NCBI RefSeq assembly: GCF_964355755.1
Contig: NC_092670.1
Coordinates: 11,580,795-11,644,794, forward strand
Direction: 5' to 3'
DNA length: 64,000 bases
Origin: Antedon mediterranea
Taxonomy: Eukaryota > Animalia > Echinodermata
Made by a program: the position numbers and the translations under genes. Of the stretch, positions 53,628 through 64,000 are shown in pieces. Within the stretch, counting starts at the first letter, position 1; each line of letters starts with the position of its first letter. The notes beneath the pieces were generated by a model. That model did no database searches, had not been told where the DNA came from, and was given only the letters and a program-made list of their open reading frames with translations.

Positions 53628-55735
53628 CTATATTTAAAAGAAAACATTTTTTTAAATTGAAAAAATTTCATCTCCTTCCAACAAATATTGTTTGAAATTA
53701 TTTTGTTTATGGTGAAGGAAAAAATAAAAAAAAGATGAGGAAATCTGTGAGAATAAGAAAAAGTGAAATTCAATTAGGATACGGTTTTTGCTAATAGTAG
53801 TAATACCAATAGTACTTGTGTAATAAAATGGGATAGTTTAGCCGCCATCATTGTTTGGTATGTTCAAATACTAACAGATAAACAGTATTGCATAATACTG
53901 TGCTGTTAAAATTAAATAATGATTCCTGGAAGAATCTGAGATACATGGTTAGAAATTAAATTATACATATTAAATGTGAACAAATTATGCTTTTTAAAAT
54001 GGTCATGTGATTAAACGAGGTAAACAAACTGTACGCAAAAAAAAAATCTTTAAAAAAATAACATAACCAACTTCTGTTATTTGGAGTAAAGTTGATGCAG
54101 AATATGAAACTTTGTGTCATGATCAATAGCTTTCAATAAAAAGCATAAACTATGTGGAAAGAAATAATATAATTCAGAATGCATACATGGAATACAAAAC
54201 ACTGTGACATTACATTTAAACATTTTTTATTTCAAATTTGTCATATTTTTTAAATAATCACAAAATGCATACACTTATTTGATTAAATTAGACATTAATC
54301 AAAGTTGATTACATTTTAATGGTTGATGAATAAAACTAAATAATAATATACAGTATACTAGTAATAATAAATTAGTTATAATTATGATAAATATATAGTG
54401 TAAAATTTTAATATGACCTATAAATTATATTTGGTTTATATAATTTGCACAAATTAAAATTGTATAGGGTTTATTTATTCTTTAAACTTTTGATATTGAA
54501 CCAATCAAATCAATGGTTGCAACAATAATAAAATATTTTTAATATTAAATTAAATTTGTATCGAAATCAATCACCAATTTCCTAAAACTTAGAAAAGATA
54601 TATACCATGACCAAAATCAAAATGAATCCATATTTGTTATGAATTTTAAATTATGATAAAAAAAATTGCACTATTTTATTACATTTTTTATAATTATGAG
54701 ACAAAATAAAATGAAAGCAAAACAATTGTAACAAAGGTAGATGATAAATGATGACATTCCCTAATATACAGTAAACTACCAACAACTTTAAACTACCAAC
54801 AACTTTAAACTACCAACATCAAAATGGAAGAAAGATTACATTCCATATACAGTAATTGTATATACAGTAGCACACTTTTAATCTTCTATATTCAATAAAT
54901 AAAGTTTGAAAATGGCTTGCCTATACTTTTTTAAATGTACTATCAAACTTATTAGTGGACCCTGGGTTTTTGTAAAGATAAATTACAATAAAAACAATGC
55001 CTACTGTACCTTATGAAATGAAATTAATTAGTTTAATAATTTGATTTTCAACTAAATTAAAATTATCAAATAGAAGGATAGTAATGACTTCAGTCAAAGA
55101 GATCTTCATTGGTGTACAGTCTCTGTACTGTCGGTAAAGGTAGCCAACAACCCTTTATTGAACAAAAACTTTGGGTATCTGTATACCAAGACAATCTAAC
55201 AGGATGCTAAAGCTCTAGGGATCAAAGAGTTTATCTGAGAATTGAGAATATGTACATAGTAAAGTACCGTTAAAATTTGTCGCAGCTGACATAGATCAAA
55301 GGACTGTTAAGAGTTCTTGGCAAGGTGAGCTCAGCGTCCTGATGTTGAATTGTCTTTCCTATACCAAGTAGGCCTACTACAGTACATCCATTTTCTTACA
55401 ATGTAGAACCTTTAGTGTGATAAATTTAGTTTTGCAATCTCATACCGCATTAAAAAAATATTTTTTTAATTTTTTTTCTTTTAATTATAGATATATACTA
55501 TACTTCCTAATATACATTTTACTTTTTCTTGCATAATATATATTATACTTTAGATGCATTCTAAATATACACTATGAATATGGAATGGAAATTTGACTAA
55601 AATGAGGCAGAATAATATATTTAAGCTACACTGTTTGATTATTTGTATTCTTGATATCAACTAGTAATTATTATATAATTAATGAAGAGCAGTGATGATA
55701 TGACAAAACTAAGAATTTATTTTTAATTTATAATT

Positions 55736-58700
55736 TTATTCTTTTTCCATTGAATCAACCATTAGCTTTTGCGTTTCAAAATCATCATCAAAGTTGTTAT
55801 GCTTAAGAACAGACGTGTGATGGTAACGTCCGCGTGTCGCGTAGTCCTGGCTATCTTCGGTCAGCTGAGTGGTCGACGTTCCCATCCCGCCCATCATTGG
55901 GGTCACAACCATTTGGTCTGCTGGAAAAGGCGTACTCCTAGGAAGGGGCAAAAATAAAATTCGTATAGGGATAATTGGTGATCAATTTTTTTTTTTAAAC
56001 CATCACCAAAAAGAAAGAGAAAAAGCATGCCTAAATGAAAAAAGTTTGGTGTAAAAGTGGTTAATAATGCTAAAAGAAATAATAATTAAAAAGCAGGCAG
56101 AAATTTAAAAAGATAAAATCCAGAAGAAAAAATGAAATGTAAAGTCAACTCTCCGAAAAGCAGGAACTTTCCAAAAACCAAACTTTTCTTGAGGTCCTAT
56201 TAAAGGTCACAAAATCTGTTTTACTATCAAATACACATTCAGTATACTTTCCAGATCCACATCCAACATTAGGCCAGCACATGGGTGTCCAGTATTGGGG
56301 GAGTTGACTGTATATAAACATTTTTCTCAGAAAAACTACAACCAGCCATCAATTAATATGTTTTGGAAATTCAAGATAAACTAAACATCTTTAATATAGC
56401 TCTAATCCAGTCTCGTTTGTCTTCAGTGTAGAACTGTACATTACATTCAGGTTAGTAGCATTTTTCCACAGGCCATAGCCCTGTACATACTCAAATGGAT
56501 TAGATATGCCATTCTACACTTTTGTCTCCCAATTAGTTCTTTTACCAACAGCTTTTATGTGATCTTTTATCTACTAAAATGTTCCAAAAAACAAAGTGTT
56601 ATATTAAGCTTCATCCACAAATTAAACTGCGCGTCTACTTCCTCTCATGAATCCGTGGCGTAAAAGCTATGAGCTCACTGGCTAAACCCAGGGGTCCCAG
56701 AGCTTAGGGCCCAGAGCATCAGCAGTCCAAAGCAACTACTCAGCGGAGCTATATATTTAGATTAGATAATTTTATAGCTCCATGGTTAGAGAGTCCCTTA
56801 GGAGTACTAAACCAGGGGGCTTTGCCATGTGCCCCTGCCACCGATCCTTAAGTATGTGGTTGGTGGATTAGTCTATTATTGTAGAGGGGGTAAAATTGTA
56901 TCTTTTTGTATCAGACTCTGGCTCTTCCTCACTGGCTGTATGGTCGGTCCAACCATCCTTCCAAAACCACTATTGGTTTGTGCATGGAAGAGTGAACTCT
57001 TCCCTGATTGGTGTAATCAGCTGTACCAGTACATTGCACACTGTAGTTGGCACTGGCACTCTGATAAGCCATTTGACTTGATTGTATTAAGTACACTTAA
57101 TTTTATTTAAACACTTTTACCATTTTTAATATCAAGTTTGAACAATTTCAATTGTGGTGTTCATCATCCACTATTATAATAAATAACACATGCTCTATCA
57201 AGTTTTTTTGCTCAGTTTCAAAGCAATTTTATTTTAAACATTTATACTGTAGTTGACTGTGTTAGTGCAGCTGATAAAAGAGTGTAATGAATAGTTGTTA
57301 TTGTATGCATTTAATAGTAAATCAGTATAAGGATGGTTATGCAGTATTACAGAATGCTATAACTATAAGAAAAAAGGTGTTAAATTTGGCTGAAGCCGCT
57401 ACATTGAGCAATAGTATACTAGAAGTGAATTGAAAAAAAGGTGCTAGTTGAAAATCATTTTCAACAGATAATTCAATATATTCAACACATTCAGCAGATT
57501 TCTGAAATCACTCATGCATATAAAGGGTGTCATAAACATTTCTTGTACATATTGATGAGCTAATGCATGTTAACGAGAAAGTAGTAAAGTGTGTATATTT
57601 TTGAAAGGCTACATAATACAGAGTTAAGAAGAATACCAATTGTATATAGAATATTAAGAAAATGTATAAAAAAAGATTTCTATAAAGGGTCATGTGAAAA
57701 ATTCTACTGCAGTTACACTGCAGTAACTTCATTTTGTTTTCTCTTTATCCTGTATATGCAATTATTTAGCCAGCTTTTCTGTGCAATCCCACACACTGTT
57801 CATTGCAGTATACTGCCTCAAAAACCTCTACTGTACAAACTACAGTCATATTTATTGTAGTAAAAAATCTAATTACTGCAGTAACTGCAGTAGAATAATT
57901 GTTTAATGATCCATTAGGAAATTTTATCAAAACCCATACCTGCATAGTCGCTGACAGGAAAACTGTAGCCACTTAAAGAAATTGAAATCTGCAATTCCTG
58001 GATAAACGCCGGGATTGGCTTGACCTATGTACACGAATATGATGAGACTAATGGAGATGTTGACTAAGGCATAGCTCCACTGAATGCAGAACATGATCAC
58101 AACACAACACAACACCTGCAAAAATAGAGGCCTACATTTAGAACTTTAGCGTTTAATTGACTGGTCGTTCATAAGCTGCTGAAACAGTTCCCGCAATTTG
58201 CATTCGCGATTATCAGATAGAAATAGACAGAGTTTTGTAGCTTGTACCAAAACAATGTTACAAAAAGAAATGATGATGGTGGTACATTAGGCTGTGCCAA
58301 TGTAAGAGCGGGGTTGTCAGTCAAGTCCATTATTATAGCTGAGTGATGTCCAGTTACAGTTGTCTAACAATTGCCGTAAACATGTGGGCCTATAACCAAA
58401 AGTAAGCCTAAGCTGTGGCCATCAAAGCTACAGTATCAAAACAAACTATGGAATTATGACTTTTATGAACATATTCTTATTACAACCTCTTTAAGGCATA
58501 AAAATGAGACATTTTCAATAGGTTTATGATCAATATAAATTTCAGGGTTAAAAGATAAGTATAAAAAATACAAACCCCAAAAAGTGACACCCATCTATTG
58601 CAGAGGTGGGAGTACCAAGATTCTGGCATTCGGTGGATCTCAGTAGCAAAGGGCCTGGGTGGGTCTGAAAAATGAACAAAAAGAAAATTATTAATTTACT

Positions 58701-61700
58701 GCTGGTTCTAAATTTGTTCTTGCACAAAAACAAGGAATGATGATTTTTTGAAAAAGCATACAGTATGAAATAAATACTATTTTTTTTCAAAATTGCATGC
58801 TTTAGTGGTCATTTCAGGTTGGTTGATCATGTCAGAGATTTACTTTCTAAGGTGGTCAATTTGAAAATGTGATTGCAATGCAGCTAAAATTGGTTTTGAC
58901 GGCGGAGACCGAAAATACATTTTTTGGTCAGCAACATTTTAATGCCAGAGAAAAAAAACTTGTTTTTCTTGCCATTAGAAACATGCCCTATGATTATATA
59001 ATAATGGAAAAAATGATTAAATAACAATTTTCATTTATTTGTTTGACAACAAATGTATGGGGCTTCTAAAGAGACAATGAAGCCAGAATCACATCAAAAC
59101 GTACCTTGTTTATCATCAGTGTCTTTATCTTCATCTAATAGAGCTTTCTTGTCCCCAGTTTCCGAAGGTTCTTTATCCTGCGTCTCTTTATCAGATAACG
59201 TCTCTTTACTCCTCAACGGAGAACTACTATCGGTAATCTCCTCTTCCTCCTCCTCCTCGTCATCAACATTGTCGATGTTCTTCATACTACCGTAGCCGTT
59301 CGGCAACACCACCTGTTCATCCTTGTTCTTGTCTATAAGATGCGAAAGAAAGCTCTCCTGCTTTTCAGACATTTTCTTGTGGCTTTTTTCCATCTTTTTC
59401 TTGTCGTAGCTCATGGCCAGTGCAAAGTATGCATAGTCAACGCCTGCGTACGTCAGCATAAATGGCATGGTCACGATCGGTCCAAGTTGGTTGACGTGTC
59501 CGACAAAGATGAACAGGATAGCTACGAAACAAACCAGTAGTTGGGCTATTACGGGTTCCTTGTTTGGTCCTTTCTGTTTCAATAAGAAATTAAATTTATT
59601 AAAAATTTGAGAATAGTTCAAATGATTGATAATTATTGGCTTTAACATTGACCGACTTCTTACAGTATTTTGATCGTGAAATTTGGCATATTTGATTGGG
59701 TAACCTGTTTTCAACGGTAACACTACTGTAATTAAGGTTAAGTAACACAAGCTTGTTCGTTCAGTTTTATTTATTTCCGTTTTTAGTATTGGTAGTGAAA
59801 CTTTTGATATTAATGTTAAATGAAGTTAGCAACAGTATCAAGGAGTGTATTATACATACATTGATAATACAAATATATCCTGCTTATTAGTGCTGACAAT
59901 GAATGATTTATCCCATTTAATCATGAGTGTTAATGTGCTTTTAAAGCAACAAACAATGCCAACTACTACAAATAACATCATATGACCTAACTATGACCCC
60001 TAGCACTCTGGCACAAAGTTCAGTTGAAATATATATACAGTATGCGCAACCATGATGTCTAATGTACTGTATGTTGACATCATTGCAATGTTTTTGTTAA
60101 TACTACACTAACTACTTGTGTTGTACCCAGATACTGTAAAAGGCCACCTTGGGATAAAACACCACATATTTAATTATGAAAAACTGTTGTGTTGGTACTC
60201 CGGTATCACCTGATCTTGAATAATCACACAATAAATTACTTTAAGAGGAATTTCCATGCAAAACTATGCCGAATGTGCAAAAACTAACCCATTACAGTAC
60301 AATAGAGCTTGAATTTAAGCCCATCTTGGGATATATAAATTCACTCCATATTAGAAGTTGCTTTTATGCAATACTACAGTATGTGGGTATTTCTGATTTT
60401 GTATTAGAAAGGGAGGGGGAGCTGTGGGGGTGTATTATAACAACTATTACTAGGTCAATACAATAATTTAAAAATCCATTACACAGACCTCGGATATAAG
60501 CCCACCCTGGGATACAGTATACATCCACTCCAAATTAGGATTTGCTATAAACTATGTAATGTGGCTATTAACTGATTTTGTATCTGAAGTAAAGTGGGAG
60601 CTGTGTGGATATTATGATCTCATTTACACATGGACCTAACATGTAAGCCCATCCTGGAATATAAATCGACTCCAAATTAGGATTTGCATTTATGCAAAAC
60701 TGTGTGGGATAAGCTTATTTCGATTAAACCCAAAAAGGGCAGGGAGTGTATTGAACAAGGAGTTGTGTGGGTGTATTATGATCATTTTGTGATAATTTAA
60801 CAAAATTATTCGTGTTCAAGTGTATTTGAGCTCCTTGACAGTAGAATTTGAGTTATCTATCCAGATGGTTATAATTGCATATGTTGCTTTGGGCTGAAAA
60901 TACTGTACACATGATATGAAAGATGATGGCATGATACGATATTAATGTTATCTCCAGACCATAGTTAGTTATTATAATGATAGTGTTAAAACTACATAAG
61001 GAAACCAGTACTATATCATTCTATACACAATAATTTTTTGTTTGCATATACTGTATGTTCCCTCCCAAATATATGTATATTGTGCAAATTATAACATTCA
61101 TGCGTTCATTTTATTTCATATTACGGATCTCAGGTCCTGTTTCCTCTGCTGACGCAAACCGTGCAGCAAAACCTGGAGGTGGGGCCATAGGCTTAGATAT
61201 GTATATTGTGCAAATTATAACATTCATGCGTTCATTATTTAGTATCATAATATTAATACAGTACATTATTTAAAGTTTTAAACAAACCCAGTATAGAAAT
61301 GTGTACGCACGGTATGTATCTCACAAATATTAGTAGACGGACATTGTGCAATAGTATAGTACTGTAGCATATAATGAATTTTTATCAAGATATTATTTTC
61401 TTTATACCACAGCTATACTGTACAAAAACTATTTCATTATAGTACATCAATTATTTCAGTCAGTAAAACAAATAATATCCGCTGCTTCTATTGTATCTTG
61501 AATTAGGAGTGTGGCACAACAATCTCAAAAGTTTAGAGAAGCTGGCCATTGAATAGTAGAATAATTGAATATTCTTGTTTAATGGAATAAAATGTCATGT
61601 GATAAAAACCAAGGCGTGTTATAATAACTATAAATAAGGCTAGTAAATTTATCAATGAAATAATTTGTTATCTACCAATTACCAGACATACATTGTGCAA

Positions 61701-63548
61701 ATGACCATGTTACCTTGTATTGTTTTTTAGTATTAAGTATTCTGTTCGATATTAACAAACCCTAGGCCTACATATACACAGAACAACACATTTAATACCC
61801 TGAACTTACATTTGACATACACTTGTATCTGTAAATTAAGAAGCCTACAAGACATTAAAGTTTGTCCAAAATCATCCTGATAATCATACTTACCAAACGT
61901 ACAGAAAAATCAAACAGAAAAATAAAAAGAAAACAAAATACTAAATAAAAGTTACAAAACAGAAAACATGAATAATCGCATCAATGGTGTGTTTTCTAGC
62001 ATTCAAAACATTAATTAATTGTATAAAATCGGTGTTGAATGGTGAAACTTTGTATTATTTGTAAGCCTAAAACTAGCATTTTCTATATTCGTGAATTTAA
62101 AATCATTGTTACCAAACTAACCAATTGGATTGTATACTTATACACTTTGAAGTAACATACACTTAACATGTAATATACTTACTCCATGACCGAGGAATTT
62201 GATAATTGGAATAACATTTTCATTTGCTATACATTGCAGTATACGAGGCGCTCCATACAATCCTCCAAGGCAAGATGATAAACTGGATATGTACAAACCC
62301 AGTAACCATAGAAACCCAACTAACGAAACCTGAGAAAAAATTGAAAAAAAAAACCCTTTTTGTTAAATCTTTTCTTTTTTCTTTTATTCATTGGTAACAA
62401 AATGTTTGTTATAATTTTTACAATCTTGTTTTAACTTCGCCCACTTTAAAAATATATGTGCGCAATGAGACCTTTTAACCTTTCGTTTTCTGCTTTAAAT
62501 GTTAATTTTACGGTAGATAAGTGACAAGGCGTTTGAAACTTGACACTTACTGAATAACAAGAAGCAAGTCATTACAAATCAATCAAATAATCGTTCAATT
62601 TGTAAGCAAATACTCAACGCAACATCAAAATCTTTCTATCAACAACAAAATCTGTAAATGAGTTTGTTCTTCTTTGGTGCTTGGGGCAGTGTATACGTAT
62701 AGTACTCAAAAAATCGGTTCAACTGTCTGAGTTTTTTAAAACTATGACAGTACATTTTATTATGGCTTTTATTTTCATACTCTTTGGAAAAAAAAAATTG
62801 AATTGCGAGTGAATTGATTACATGGCTGTACACATTGAGATACTTTATAAAACCTGTTTTATAACCTTCTCTGAAATAGTCTTACAGTCATCGCTACATA
62901 AAATAAAAATCTATTTTACAAATTATTCTCCCCCTTTTTCTTTACAAAGGTAGGTAAATTAATATTTAGGAGGTATGTGCTATAGAGTAGTTTAGCCAAT
63001 TGCTGTACATGATACTACACACTGTTTTTTGTCACTAGACATGATACTGTACCACTGTTTATTGTCACTAGACATGATACTGTACCACTGTTTATTGTCA
63101 CTATGATACTCCACACTGTTTGTCACTAGACATGATACTTTCACACTGTTTATTGTCTCTAAACATGATACTGCACACTGTTTATTGTCACTAGGCATGA
63201 TACTGTCCAAGAATTGGCTGACCATATTATTTACAAATATATAATACAAACATCTTACTTTTTCAGCAATCATATAATCATTTTGTAAGGCATATCTTGT
63301 ACAAGTTGCTCCTAACAGCAGAGAAAAGGCTAAATACATGACTGTTGTGACTGCTAGGGCGGATAATGTCCCGTGCGGAATATTTTTATGAGGATTCTTT
63401 AAGTCGCCACTCATGTTAATTCCAGCCATCACACCGGTGGCAGTCGGGAAGAACACACCGAACACAGTAAAGAAGTTTTCACCAGGCATATAGCTAGAAT
63501 CAGTATTATTTCTGAACGTCTTACTGCCGATGCCAAGGAAACCATTTG
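55736..63548 (-). CDS. SLC12A8: Solute carrier family 12 member 8 (CCC9), 3' part; 5' exons lie beyond the window end
   Basis: Exons 63259-63548, 62183-62329, 59105-59573, 58576-58664, 57940-58115, 55736-55937, all phase-compatible GT-AG. Motifs [69 protein letters not shown]. The acidic loop and short C-tail fit SLC12A8 rather than SLC12A9. Confidence 0.88.
60255..60790. repeat. Three diverged units of about 150-190 bp in an SLC12A8 intron
   Basis: TAAGCCCA(T/C)C..GG(G/A)ATA...ACTCCA(A/T)ATTAG recurs at about 60316, 60497 and 60643. Confidence 0.6.
61071..61236. mobile_element. 86-bp insert (61111-61196) between exact 40-bp direct repeats
   Basis: ATATGTATATTGTGCAAATTATAACATTCATGCGTTCATT at 61071-61110 and 61197-61236. 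The insert is GC-richer and ends AATATGAAATAA on the minus strand. Confidence 0.65.
63005..63210. repeat. About 33-bp minisatellite, roughly 6 copies
   Basis: Unit CATGATACTGTACCACTGTTTATTGTCACTAGA. Confidence 0.85.
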
Positions 63549-64000
63549 CTGAAACAGGAAAGAACATTTAAAAAAAATAATAATTTATCAGATCATTACT
63601 TACAGCTTTAAATTCTATTGTTATAAAATGAAAACCTTTGCAACCACATTATAATACTGTATTCCTCATTTCAGTAATCTTTTCGCCACTTTCTATCAGA
63701 GAATTGTATTATTTTTGTGTTGTTGTAGTACTCATCTGTGTTGGTGCAATTGTTCTGTGTATTTTTACTGTTTTATTTATATATATATGACATGCCAGTT
63801 TTTAAAACAAAATTCTTTTTAATGGACAAATATAAAGATACTATGACTATTAAGCCTAACACTGTAACAGCATCGTGAATACAGTAAACGCCCCTCCCCC
63901 CTTGTTTTTAAATGGTGTTTAAACCCGGGGCTACCCTTAAAGCAGTTGCTGTAAAAAACGAATAAACTCGCAAGAGTAAAAAGTACATACTGTACATACA

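Noticed and set aside
56870-57063. Possible third SLC12A8 last exon
   Set aside because: Weak acceptor, and the phase-2 translation shows no similarity to the two paralogous tails.

Overview
AT-rich, intron-containing animal (invertebrate-like) genomic DNA; the species cannot be fixed from the sequence. Left part (about 0.3-28.6 kb) is a deeply nested transposon pile. (i) A 5'-truncated L1/Tx1-type LINE (270-6030, 13-bp TSD) is split by a TTAA-flanked Kolobok-like element. (ii) A second 5'-truncated Tx1-like LINE (6721-28412) ends in poly(A) and is flanked by an exact 200-bp direct repeat. (iii) Into that LINE jumped two copies of a 7.2-kb non-coding, almost fully palindromic DNA element (about 3.5-kb arms, 183-bp spacer, TATGG...CCATA ends, different 6-bp TSDs; IS3EU-like signature). 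The first copy carries three further nested TIR/foldback elements. Some variants are shared by both arms of one copy and others are fixed per arm, which suggests arm-to-arm homogenisation. Right part holds three host genes: Rab32/38 (minus, 6 coding exons, ATG-only first coding exon, candidate MGC-starting alternative exon), HACD1/2 (plus, 6 exons, head-to-head with Rab32/38) and the 3' part of SLC12A8 (minus, with two paralogous in-phase last exons). Introns carry HINE/Helentron-like elements, a hAT MITE and minisatellites. All coordinates and alignments were read by eye; no searches were run.
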